Source of the DNA: Azolla caroliniana
Taxonomy: Eukaryota > Plantae > Polypodiophyta
Direction of reading: 5' to 3'
Assembly (NCBI GenBank): GCA_043228905.1
Contig: JBHGNT010000006.1
Span: 12,028,001 to 12,092,000, forward strand
DNA length: 64,000 bases
Under the pieces are notes generated by a model. That model was not told where the DNA came from. It made no database searches and was given only the letters and a program-made list of their open reading frames with translations. The position numbers and the translations under genes were made by a program. Below are positions 25,918 through 38,579 of this stretch, one piece after another (positions within the stretch are counted from its first letter, which is position 1; every line of letters begins with the position of its first letter).

Positions 25918-26622
25918 TGTATATATTACAAGGTCCGTCTAGATTCTTTAATTGCCAAAATTAATTGCTCCTATTCCCATATAATTTGTGTATGTGCCTC
26001 AGCTCTCCTCTGCTCAACTACGCCCTTAATTTGATGCCTACCCTACCCTGGGATTCCTTCTACCAAGTGCTAATTCCAGCATGTACTTCTTCTTCTGCCC
26101 AAACCACCTATCCATTTTTCCTTCAAAGTCTGACCCCTTCCTTGCTATATATACACACACACACACACACACATAACTAACTCTCTTATGATCCTATAAA
26201 TCTACTGCTCTGCATCAATTAAGCTCCTCCTCCTACTGCGACTACTACTAACACAAATCAATCTGCTATGGAAGTGTACTTGCACTTTGCTTGATATCAG
26301 TCCTTTCAGAGAGGTGCTACTGAATCTGTTATTAAGTCCTCAGGAATAGTTAACTAAATTAATTAATTTGTGTCAGTCACTATTGCCGAGTGTCCTCTAC
26401 AGGATACTGGTTCATCTTAGAACTATACTAATTATTGTTACTTATTTTGAATTGTGACTTGGTAATCTTCTATACTGCCTCTTCCAAGCACTGCTGAAGA
26501 AGCTCTCCATTAATCCTTCCATAAGCCTACATGGGTATTACAGATCCCCTACCATAAGTGCCTCTCAAGGAAATACTAAAATTTTCGACCCCAAACAAAT
26601 AAACATCTAATAAGTTAAAATC

Positions 26623-28616
26623 ATGGGTGGAGGTCGTGAAGGGGGTGGGCAAGTTAACAGTAGCAAAATGAGTTCTGCAATGGCTCTAGTAGTGAGTTCC
26701 CGAAGAATCATGGCAAGCGCAAGCAGTAGTAGTAGTACTACTACTAGCAACACTGCAACAAATTCTTCGGGAACAGGAACTGTGACCCCTCAGAAACGCC
26801 GCTCATTGGCCGAGTGTGTGAGTGGCGGCACCACCACCACCTCTTCCTCTAACTCCTCCTCTGCCCACAACCACCAGAGAGGCAGCTCACCACATAACAA
26901 ATACTCTCTCCACAAACGGCCCCGCACAAGCTGGGGCAAACCTCACTCCAACCCGTCTCTCCTCCTCTGTTCCCCTTTACTATCCTCCACCCACACCAAC
27001 TCCCCTCCACCCACACCAACCGATCATGATCGCCAATCCTTCTCCAATTCACACTTCATCGTTCCCACTACTCCTTCCTCCGTTTTCTTCGTTAAAACTG
27101 AACCCCTGCAAAACCTCGCTGTCTTTAGACTGCCTGGCTACACTGACCAAACCTATGGTGATTTCGAAGATGACTTCGACGAGCCTCGGCTTCACCAAGT
27201 TCCTTCATTCTTCCCTATCGAGCATCTCCTCCTTGACATGAGTGGCCAAAATAATGCACACACCTCGGCTGCTCTTCCTCTTTCACCCACTTCACCAGGC
27301 TGCTTTCCACCATCACTTTCTGGTTCGGCATGTGTCTCCACTAGCTCACCCATATCACCTCTCTCTGTATCCGCTGCCAGCTCTCCAATCTACTCCTCTG
27401 CCACTGATGAGTATAGCATTTCTGGTGATTTGAGGTGGCCGGAGGGCACCAATTGCCTCGAGGATGAATCATGTGATTTCCTGAGCGATCGCTTCTATGA
27501 GATCGAGACAGAGATGAGATGCATCATGGGTGAGAGTGCATCCTTGGATCATCATCATGACCATGAACATGATCTAATCACTGAGCTGCCAAACACTTTG
27601 ATTGGTTCGGCACAGTGTGTAGTGAAATTGGTGGTGCCCAAGCTTGAGGAGGTAGCTCCAGGTGATTATAGCCAGAGCACAAGTGCGATCTGGGAGTTGA
27701 GCAGCACAAGCCGGACAACACAAGAATCCGATGAAGAGTATCGAATCGATCTCACAGATTTTGAGCTGGAACAGGGTGACTCTGGTAGTGAGCTCAACGA
27801 TATTTACGAGCAAAAACCATCCGTGAGCAATGCTGGAAAGCTGGCACTGATGCTAAACTATGAGGACGTGATCAATGCGTGGTCAGATCGAGGGCCACCA
27901 TTTTCAGGTACAAGTTGGCCAGAGACCACAGCATCACCAGAGGAGGTAGAGCTAGATTTGGCGGTGAGTACTAAAGACTAACTTGTTAAATCCAATCTTT
28001 GAACATTAAAACTTCAACCATAAATTATAAAATGTACACTCTATGCTAGACCTTAGAACCTAAACCCTAATAACGAACGCATAAACTAAGTCCTAAAACT
28101 AAACACCCTATATGAAAACCTAGGACCTAAAAGTACCCTACACCTCACACTTAACCTTAAACTAGATCTGGATCAATACGTCAATGACGATACGATTGAT
28201 GCTGTAGGCATGGGAGCCTGAGAATCAACTAATAGCAGCAGCTCAAAGCTTCGACATGAGCTTGAATGTGGCAGGGACGATGATACAGCTGCCAGAAGCC
28301 GGTGGAGCTTTGGCAGTGATGCTCATGGAGGGTGGCGGAGATCACCCACCCACACCAACATCCGCAGTACGTCAGGCAAGCGTGCTTCGCTACCGTGAGA
28401 AGCGGCGGACTCGACTCTTCTCAAAGAAGATTCGTTATGAAGTTCGCAAACTCAATGCGGAGAGAAGACCTCGCATGAAGGTATTAAATGGTTGCAAATA
28501 AGTTCTTCTGATGGATTCATTCGCACCTCCATTGTTTCTATATGAATCAAACATCAAAGCCTAAATACATTTTGGCTTCGCAGGGGCGCTTTATCAAGAG
28601 GTCTTCCCTCGACTGA
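26623..28616 (+). CDS. CCT-domain transcription regulator, CIA2/CIL-like (no B-box); exons 26623-27963, 28208-28480, 28584-28616; ~548 aa
   Basis: Ser-rich N-terminus, [16 protein letters not shown] motif, CCT domain [37 protein letters not shown]|GRFIKR. Introns GTGAGT...TGTAG and GTATT...CGCAG are both phase 0 and keep the frame. Confidence 0.9.
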
Positions 28617-29699
28617 TGCCTAAAACACACTGCTCTGTTTGAGGCCTCCGCCATGATTTTTGATAGCAAGTAGTAGGATATATATAAGTTTGAGCTTCAA
28701 TTAGTACTAGCACTGAGCTTAAAAAGATCAGTCCCTTGAGCCATTCTATGCCACCTCAGTATGTGAAAGTGTTCAATTTTTTCCTTTATTTTCGATTTTG
28801 AGATGTTGGTGCATATTACTGGAGAATCTTTTTTTCCTAATGGATTCAGTTTTCATGAGGCCTATGATCCATTATTTTGATCTATAGTGCAATTCAACTC
28901 GTTTGGGTCACCAAGAGCCTCTTTTTGTTTTCTCACCTGATAACATAAAAAGCAAATGGAGTCAGCTTAATTCTGAGAAGATACACGAGTTCTGTATTTG
29001 TCAAACAAATTTACTTCTAGACAAACCGAAGTTTGGGAAACTTGTAATATGTTACACCATGTCCACGTAATTGGTATATAACTAGTGAGTAAACCAGATG
29101 ATTTTCAGTATATCGTCCTGAATGTGACACAATGCAACCTACAGTATATTACACCACGACCTTTAAATACTGCGTATGCGACAATGTGACAAAGCATTGT
29201 CTTCTTTGCATAAATGATTCAACTTCTCTATTAATCCCATTGCAAATGTCGCTCTCTATCCGTAATGTATTTATGGTAGGATGATATAAGATGATTAATC
29301 TGTTTGCTGAATAATATTCAACAATAAAGATATTACTACCTTGCTCTTCTAGGCAGAAAGGGTGTGTCCTTGTTTCTCCTTGTATGTTATAGATTAGGTA
29401 TTACAACATCTTTGCAATATAAATGCTATCCTTCAACAGAACTACATTTGCTTATATTTCCCTACTGTAGAAACTGGATTTTAGATACCACATATTGATA
29501 TTTTGCTTCGAAACTCTGAATCCGTTCTTCTTTTGTTTTTGTCAACCAGACTTGACACCACAAAAACTAACCCAAATCTTAAACCATAATAGTAAATGAG
29601 GAAACTTCTTAAAATCCTATCAAAATCAATGCAAAAGAACTGAGAAGACAAAATATTGACTGCCACATTCCATGGTGTTGTATTCCAATGCATCTCCGG

Positions 29700-30300
29700 C
29701 TTAGTTATACATTCAGTTTTCCATCTCATGACAGCAGCATGTCTTTAGTAACCAATGCTAAACCATTAATTCCTAAGAATTCAGTTTCAAGAGTAACCAT
29801 TACAAGATACATTTTCCATCCGGAACTGATCATTTATAAATATACAGTTGAGTTTTCTAACATGTCATACATATGCTAAACCATTCTCTTGAGAGCTCAG
29901 TATCAAAAGTGATCATTATAAGATCAAGTTTCTATCCTGAAACTGGTCAGATATATATATATATATCCAGTACATTGAGTTTTATATATAATGAATCCAA
30001 CATGTCTTACTTTAGTAAACAATGGCAAATCGTGGAATCTTGAAATTAAGTATCAAGAATAATCGTGACAACTACATCTCTAGAGTACATTGAATTTTAC
30101 ATCTGATGGCTCCAAGATGTCTTACATTAGTAAACAATGCCAAACCATTAAGTCTACAAGTTCCACACCAAGGATAATCATCACAAAACTCATTTTTCAT
30201 CCTGAAATGGTTCAACTATAAGCCAATAGTGTGTTAAGTTTTACGCCTGATAATTCCAATATATCTTACATTAGTGATGGATGTCAAACAGTTCATTCTT
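29700..30300. repeat. Old degenerate tandem repeat
   Basis: ATGTCTT(AC)(A/T)TTAGT recurs at ~29740, 30001, 30118 and 30262; CATCC(T/G)GAA-type motif recurs at ~29815, 29935 and 30200. Confidence 0.5.
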
Positions 30301-30639
30301 GAAATTCAAAATCCATGGCCATCGTCAGAAAAATAGATGTTTGTGCCAAACCTTGGGAACAAATACTGAGTTCTGTACCATTGATACATGTGACAGCCAA
30401 TGTATTAATCAGGTAGCTGAAACAACCAACTTCTCACTACGTTTACCCATAATGCATACCAAAATCTTGAATTTTTTCACTCTTAAAGTCCAGCATCAAT
30501 AATAATCATCACATATGCAGCATGATCACGAATTGTGTCATTTCGTTGAATCCTGCACTTCTCTATCATGGATACAAGAACACCAGAATGACAGTTACCA
30601 CAAATCTATATCATATTGACAATATGTATAGGCACACCT

Positions 30640-31780
30640 TCTGTCATACTAAACAGAGCAAATGCAACTGCCATATTCTCACTCTGCCACACACCATGCC
30701 TTCGATCATCTTGAATAAATCAGTGCACATTCCCATAGACATTGTTTCACCAATATCCTGCCATCGTGTCATATCCATAATTCTATCAGGTTCTGTTTGC
30801 ATTCCTGCTGCAGCTTACATATTTCTCATTACGCATATGACAACACAGTTCTCATTTAACTGTATCCTTTGCTCAGATGCCCCCAAACAGATAACTAAAA
30901 TAAGCATAGAGTTCTATCTCAGGACTGGGACAATGGGAAAACAAATTTCTAGAAATGGTTTCCACCTTTTCTACTAGACCTACATAACTGCATGCAGCTA
31001 GCAAATAACATAAATAACCAAATCTGGAGCAACATTTGTAATCCACATTTTCGAATATGGCTTGACCAAGCTGACTATATCCAGAAATCAGAGCATTCCA
31101 AGACACAATGTATCAGTCCGAAAGCTTCTTAGGCATCGCAAGGGCTTTTCACATTGACTCGCACTTCAAATCCAAGTCCATCAATGCAGTGCCAATTACA
31201 ACATTGTTTTCTACACACCAACAATACCACATTATTTAGAACACCAGCATAAGTTACTGCATTGGATGGATTCCAGCATTTTGTTTTCATTTTAATGCAT
31301 TATAATGTTTTATCGCCGACCCCATGTTGAGCATATTCACCAATTAGAATGCTCCCAGACACAAGATTCTGGTGTGGGAGCTGCTCAAACACTTTGTGTG
31401 CTCTTCAATGCACTCCATTTTGAGTGCATGTCATCCAATGTCATGACAAGCACCGCACCATTGTGCAACAATCGTGCTTTAAAGCATCGGCATTTACTTC
31501 TTGCTTGTTCTTTAGAACCCCAACGATGCCTCTACCTTTCAAGATGAAATATATGTCACCACAGGGGCAGAAGTTGCCCTCTTTCATCTCTACAAAGCAT
31601 TTTAGAGTGCCATTACGAATTCAATTTGCACATACCCAGATATGAGGTCACTTCACGACACTGCATCTTGCACCAGAATCTGATCAAACACTTGCAGAGC
31701 TTCCTTGAGAGCTCCACATCTCACATAGGTTCTAAGGAGGGCAGTAGCAATCTTGACATTCTTCAAGAACAAGATCCTAT
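30640..31780 (-). pseudogene. Degenerate PLS-class pentatricopeptide repeat (PPR) gene, probably with E-domain
   Basis: Minus-strand fragments VSWNALISGYSQLG, LLAACSYVGLVEK, VIGTALMDL and MRNMYAAAGMQ lie in different frames with deletions. Boundaries approximate. Confidence 0.75.
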
Positions 31781-32999
31781 CAACTTGTTACTTTATAAAA
31801 TAAATAATAGCAGTGGGATCCTGCAGATGGAGTCGTTTTTTTGGTCTCCCTAATGCAAGATGGGTTGAGCCATCCATCAATCCATACCCTGTCTGCGTGT
31901 AACTGAACACTGGCAATATAAGAATCCAGTGTGAAGAGACGCACGCCAGAGACAAAAAGCGAAACACACACAATGAACCAGAACCTCCGGCCTAACACTA
32001 ACCCTAACACACAAAAATGCAAAAATCCTAACCCTAAGCCCAAGTCTGAGTCAAAACACAGCACAGAAACCTGATTCAGAACCGTTAGCTTACCCTAAAT
32101 CCAACGCTAACCAAGAACTGGAGCCCTAATCCTAGAAGTAGCGGGAGCGTACCTTAATGGAGACAGAATTGAGAGGGAGGGGTGGATCCGTGAAGAACGA
32201 ACACGCGCTACTGTTGTGTGGGTGGGTGTGGTCCTTTTCTCCAACAAGTTTCTCCAATATGAATGGAATGGGTTTCAATTGACATACATAATGTACATAT
32301 AAATATGTAATGTAATGTAATGTACATTATTTATACATACATATAATGTATGTATGGAGGGAGAGGGTGCCGTGTGGCATGTGGCCGCCGGTTCCAATTT
32401 CTCACATAATTGTGTCGGGGTTGCATGGATTCTTGTATCTGCTCCCCTCGCCCTCGCCCAGGGATCCCCCTAGGCCATCCGCACACCTAAAGAAAAACCT
32501 GATGGTATATGACAAATCTACATAATGCTCCTTGATTCGCAGGATGCTTGGCTCTGAAATACAATGTATGTTGTTGAAATCCTCTAAAAATAGCTGAGGA
32601 TATTTTGACGTTTGGAAAAGTGAGGGTACTTATGGGAGCTTTTCGAATTCATAGAGGGAGTAGTTTTTTGGGGATTCCAAACAATGTGGATTGTTTGGAT
32701 AATCTTGAAAATATTAGGGGACACTTCAGGAAGTTCGTGGGAAAATGATTGGTAATTTTGTTATTCATCTTGTAGGACAAATTCTTAGCCAAAGGCCAAT
32801 GACTTGCTCCATTTGATGACCTCTGGACAATTGTGTGGCATTGCACAATAATGTATCAAATATCGTCCACGGACAAGTCATATTACTACTTTCGAAGTTG
32901 GTAGATCTTGTATCTATCTTTTCATGTACCCACAATGAATCAAAAATGTTTTTATTCATATCTAATAATAATTGCCTCTTACCCGGTGTGAGGTATCAC

Positions 33000-33339
33000 A
33001 TTGTTGAACATTAGCTGTTATGGGTGTGCACTAGATAGAATAACATATAACAATGTTTTGATGTAGTAATGTTGAACATTGTGCTCGATGTCGTTGCCTC
33101 CGAGGCTCTTATTGTACCTTTCTCCTATAGTGCTAGTTGGAGTCTGTGGGCTCCCGTGATTTTTCCCACTTAGGGTTTTCCACATAAACATCCTGTGTAT
33201 TTCCTTGTGTGCTCTTCATTTCCCATTTCTGTGTTTCATTCTCATTGAAGTGATTCAAGACTCGGTTGTGGCTGAGCAATATTCCGCGCGTTTTCTCTTC
33301 ATATTGATGGTCTCAATTTTCAACATCTGGTATCAGAGC
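33000..33339 (+). mobile_element. LTR 3' part plus tRNA-Met(i) PBS of a truncated (probably Copia) element
   Basis: ...TTTCAACA-tc-TGGTATCAGAGC (PBS 33328-33339) preceded by GGGTTTTCCAC, an LTR-like U5. Left edge uncertain. Confidence 0.65.
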
Positions 33340-33914
33340 TTGGTTTTGTATTCTACTGTCGGTCGTCTTCTGTCTTCAACAATATTGTTGCCTTCACCCC
33401 CTTGGAGATCTCCTAGTTGATTTTACTTGATAGAATAAAATTTGAGATTTCGACCAGACTGAAATCTCTCAACCGGCAACTTCCACAAGATCACACTTTG
33501 TAAGAAGAAACACTTGAAAAACTGCACTCCACTGAGCTAGATCACCCTTGAACTTCCCCTAGGTCCTTCATGTCAAATGATGCTGTGAGCTGGAACTTTA
33601 CGCGGCCAATTTCTTCTAGGTCGGCGCAGGCGATTACTAAATCATATCAACATAGAGTAAAATACTAACTGGTCCACGTCAACCTTGCCGGATGAACAAT
33701 GAAGAGTCCGATTTGGACATCGCAAACTCCATCCGACAAAGACGATGTGTGATCTTCGCGTTCCACGTGCGTGGGGCTTGCTTTAGTCCGTAGAGAGACT
33801 TCTTTGGTCGGCATACTGCTGAGGTGTTCTTTCCGGACTGAAATCCAGGGGGTTGTACCATGTACACTTGTTCCTCAAGTTCTCCTTGCAGGAACACATT
33901 CTTTAAATCCATCT

Positions 33915-34176
33915 GATGTAAATGCCACCCCTTTACCACGACTACTGCAAGCATGACACGGACGATTGTCATCTTCGTGATAGACGCAAAGGTCTCATCA
34001 TAGTCGATGCCATGTTGCTGTGCGTAACCCTTCGCCACATACTGGGATGTAAATGCCACCCCTTTACCACGGCTATTGCAAGCATGACACAGACGATTGT
34101 CATCTTCGTGATAGATGCAAAGGTCTCATCATAGTCGATGCCATGTTGCTATGCGTAACCCTTCGCCACATACCGG
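33915..34176. repeat. 131-bp tandem duplication inside the Copia RT
   Basis: Units 33915-34045 and 34046-34176 both start GATGTAAATGCCACCCC and differ by a few transitions. Confidence 0.9.
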
Positions 34177-34611
34177 GCCTTGTAGCGGTTGACAGAGCCA
34201 TCGGTGTTGTACTTGACCTTGTACACCCACCTGCATCCAATCGGCTTTACACCCTTCGGAGCGTCAACCAGGTCCTAGGTTTCATTTTCCGCTAATGCGT
34301 GCATCTCTTCCTCCATTGCGGCATGCCAAGTTGCGTCCTCCACTGCTTCTGTGTAGCTCTCCAGCTCACACATTTCTGCCACTCACGTCATGTACGCATA
34401 ATGATGCGCCATGTACTCATTGTATCCAAACCGCACCACGAGGTTCTTTTGGCGCGTAGATCGGCGTAATTGCTCATTAGCCGATTTTGAGGCCCTCTCG
34501 GCCGACGCGGACTTTGTTTTCAAAGGTCCGTCTTCGTTCTTCTCTAAGTTAGATTCACTTCGATCTGACTCCTCTTTATCGGTGCCGTTGTCGTGGAAAT
34601 CCGTGTGTGCG

Positions 34612-36073
34612 TGTTAGATCCGGGCGGAACCACTGGGGTCTTGAACTAGGGAGTAAACGAAGGAGCTTACACCGTGGAGTCTGATTTCGGCCCCTTTATT
34701 CGTGGGTTCACGACTGATAGTTCCCATACAAACACAAAACACCGAAGGCCTAGCGACTCTAGGACTTCGACGAGAATGCCTCCGAACACAAAAATGGATG
34801 GCTTGACATCCAACACGACGATAACAAAAGGGGTCGAGATCTAGACACCATAGTATATATACCAAAACAATTTCTTTATATAAGGCTCAAAGCCTCAATA
34901 GATTTACAACGATGGTGCTTAGGCCGGCCTCAACTATGCTAGACAAACAAAAGTGGTACAATAGAGAGGGGCAAAGATGGGAATTCGTGACGACGACGAC
35001 CACGTAACACGAGCACACCAAGCGTAACCTCAAATACAACGGGCGCACGAGCACACCACCGCACACCACATGAACCTCGAACCATGTACCATGAGAGCTG
35101 ACCACACCAACACCATAAACCTCGAACCACTCGAACTAAGAGCTCACATGCTCACAACGACGAACGCGGCACCAACACCATAAACCTCGAACCATGCGAA
35201 CGGCAAACTCACGAACTTGCAACGACGAACATGGGCACCGACACCATCGACAGAGAACCACCCGAACGGGGAGAGCACACGGGCTTGCAACGACAAACAA
35301 GGGTGAAGCAACGCCGGACCAACGAGCCTCGGGCTCACGAGCTCCACAAATGACCCGACCACCTCAAGCGCCAACACCAACACAAGTTCATAGACACACC
35401 TCAAAGATTAGAGTGTGTGTGACAGAGATCAAGAACCCATAAGAACCTCCAAATGACCAAAAAAAAGAAGACGCATCAAACCCTTAAACTCAAGCTAGAA
35501 GAAGATGAGAAAGAACTCATTAGCTCTAAACCCAAGAGGAAGTAGAAGGAAAGAAAACAAGGAAACCCTAAAACCGAAACCCAAATGGAGCACTTCCCAA
35601 AACCCTAGAAATCAAAGAGAAGAAGAAGAACCTCAAAACCCTAAAGGTCTACCTCTAAAACCCAAAATGGCCAACCCCAATGAGCCCCCCTCGACCTCCT
35701 TTTATAGGAAAAAAAGGAAAGGGGTTCGCCACATTGTCTTCAATGCAAAAAGGAATAAAATTCCTTAAATCACTCTACATTGCCAAATCGGATTTGAACT
35801 ATGCGCCTTTAACTAAGAGTCAATATGTCTATCCACTAGCCCATTAACTCTCTATTATTATATATTCCTATTAATCTAGACATGGATAGTCTATCTCCTC
35901 TCTACTTTCCATCTCTCCTCTCTCTTTTACACGAGTTTCTATACCTCCTTTGCACCCTTCCTTTTTCCTTTTCTTTTCCATGTGCACAATTAATTGACTT
36001 TGTGTGCACACACATTGCACATACACATTTTGATCCCCTTCGACCACATTTTTCCCACACTCGGCACACCACA
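34612..36073 (-). mobile_element. ~1.46-kb non-coding insertion, probable solo LTR
   Basis: Interrupts the Copia INT-RT linker. Has TG...CA ends (TGTTAGATCC...CACCACA), a minus-strand CTATAAAA near 35705 and internal short repeats. No clean TSD; right boundary uncertain. Confidence 0.55.
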
Positions 36074-38579
36074 TGACGACACCGTACTTCGGCATCTTCT
36101 TCTTTCCCTTCTCTTCGCGCATAAGCTGTGTCCTAGACTTCCGATGCGGGGATTGCACGACCGAGTCTCCACTACTCGCCAACTTTGCGTTTGATTGGTC
36201 ATGCTGACTCGGTCACTCATTCAGCCCACTTAGCCTGAATGAGATCAGACTCTCTTCAGGAGCTCCGATGTTTGCTTCATCCCGAGGCATTTTAGCCTCG
36301 CTGACCTCTTCGTCAGAGATCGGAATGGAGTCGTCAGGGGTTGGAGGCGAGGGCAAGTACCACCACGCAGACTCGTCAAACACAACATCACGACTTACGT
36401 GAGCTTGTTTGGTTCGGGGGTTATAACACTTTTAACCCTTCAGTTCGTCGAGTAGCCAACCAAGATACACTTCTTGGCTTTGGCGTCCAGCGTCCTCCAT
36501 TTCCCCTTCGGCACATGCACATACGTGATGCTACCGAAAACCCTCAAGTGTGCCAAGTTCGGCTTCTTCTTGAAGTACAACTCATGTGGAAACACTCCTC
36601 CATTGGTAGATGCCCAATTCTGGAGGTAGACGACTGTTCTGATCACTTTGGCCCAATAGAACTTTGGCAGATGCTTCTCTTCAAGCATTGCCCTTCCCGC
36701 CTCCTCTATCGTCTGATTCTTCCTCTCGGCCACATTGTTCTGCTATGGCATGTATCTAAACCAGAATTCGCGTCGAATTCCCTCCTTTTGTAGATATCTC
36801 GAGAATTGGTTGGAGAAGTACTCCTTCCCACCATCGGACCTTAGGCACTTGATCTTTCTCCTAGTTTCCCTTTCCGCAAGGCTCTTTACTAGTAGGAAAC
36901 ACGCGAAGACATCTCTCTTTTTCGTGATCAAGTATGCCCAAGTGTGCCGAGTGAAGTCCTCGATGAAGGTTACGAAGTAACAACTTCCTCCGATGCTCAC
37001 GTTCTATGCCGGTACCCATACATTGGAATGCATCACATCGAGCGTATTTCGACTCCGATTACGCTCGTTGGGGAATGGAAGTCGACTCCAACAGATCACC
37101 GATAATCCATGACTGATGCATTTGCCAACGAGATTCGAAATAGTCTACAAAATCCCTCCAAGTTGCTCAAAAGGAGATGGACCTTGACCACTTCACCATA
37201 CAAGATGGTTTGTTATTCCACGATCATCTCTTATATGTCTCGGGGGGCTTGTGTCGCACCCGAGTATTGCGGGAATGCCACGATGACCCCCTTGCAGGTC
37301 ACTTCAGAGTTGCAAAAACCCTCGAGCTAATCTCTCGGGGGTACTAGTGGCCAAAACCATGGAAGTTGGTCAAAGAATACATCAAGACTTGTGAGGTTTG
37401 TGGTCGCTCCAAAGTGGCTCATCATTGCCCATATGGCTTGGTTCACCCGCTTCCATGTCCTAGTCGTCCCAGGGCCTCTATCTCTAGGACCTCATAACTG
37501 ATCTACCCTTGGTCAATAGCTATGACTCAGTGTTGGTCGTTGTTGATTGGTTTACAAAGATGGCTCACTTCACTCCATGCTCAAAAACCATTTCCAGCAA
37601 AGGAATGGCGCATCTACTCCTCAATAATGTCGTATGTTTTCATGGCCTCCCTGATGATGTCATCTCTGATCGCGGACCCCAATTTGTCTCTCACTTCTAG
37701 CAGCGCCTTCTGCAAACTTTAGGCATCTTGGTCAAGTTTTCCTCCGCCTATCACCCTCAGACTGACGGTAAGACGGAGTGCGTCAACCAAATCCTTGACC
37801 AATCACATTTGCTAACCCTTCGGCAGAGGGTTGAGCCCGGGTTTTAGAAGAGCTACATCATGACTTATCCTTGGAGCTTCGTCTCGTTGGTGAACAATAC
37901 AAGAAGCACGTCGATCGCCATCGCTCTGTGACTCCCCCCTTTGCCGTTGGCGACATGGTCTGGTGGTTATGATGGCACATCCCTACTACCCGTCCATGTG
38001 TGAAATTTGATTATAAGAAGTTGGAACCATTCTATATAGTTGAGCGCATTAATTCCATCGCCTTGTTGTCTGCCGGAATAGTAACCGATGGACAGAAGCA
38101 AAGAAGTATTATAATATAGTAAAAGCGTAAGAAACGTATGTAACGGTTCATGCAGGAAGCGTGAACGGCTAAAAGACCCTGTGTATATAAAGGGCAGATA
38201 TCCTCTATAAGAGGTAGTGTGTAATTTTGGTGCATAGAGCGTTATTTTAATAGAGTACTATCTTCTCTGATTTCTGTGCATATCTGTGGTTGATCTATTG
38301 TGTTCTTTGATTCTCGGCCACGTATTGTAATTGTAAGGGCGTAGGCGTAAGTGCGGTTACTAGTGCACTATCTAAGGAGTTCGGTTGTAGCCGTCTCCCT
38401 TATACACTACTAGGATACAGGGAAGTATCCCATTATGTATTACGGTACGACGATACCATTCTTTGCAACGTAGTCACCTTGAGGTCTAGGTTGAAGGACT
38501 GACCGTAGACCGTGTTCCTAATCAGTAACACTTTTGGCACGCAGACTGGTGATCTGTGTCTTCTCACAGATGAACAACG

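Larger units (their letters stand above)
33510..37087 (-). mobile_element. Ty1/Copia pol fragment (integrase then RT), decayed and interrupted
   Basis: INT: YFVTFIEDFTRHTW, LRSDGGKEY, AERKNQT, HLRVFGS. RT: VAKGYAQQHGIDYDETF, LHQMDLKNVFLQG, KSLYGLKQAPRTW. Confidence 0.9.

Noticed and set aside
24931-26034. Long ORFs on both strands (up to 304 aa) upstream of the CCT gene
   Set aside because: They are translations of GA/CT/poly-A microsatellites (SLSLSL, ERERER) with no domain signal.
32400-32990. Possible DNA-transposon end and transposase remnant
   Set aside because: No partner terminus or catalytic motif identified.
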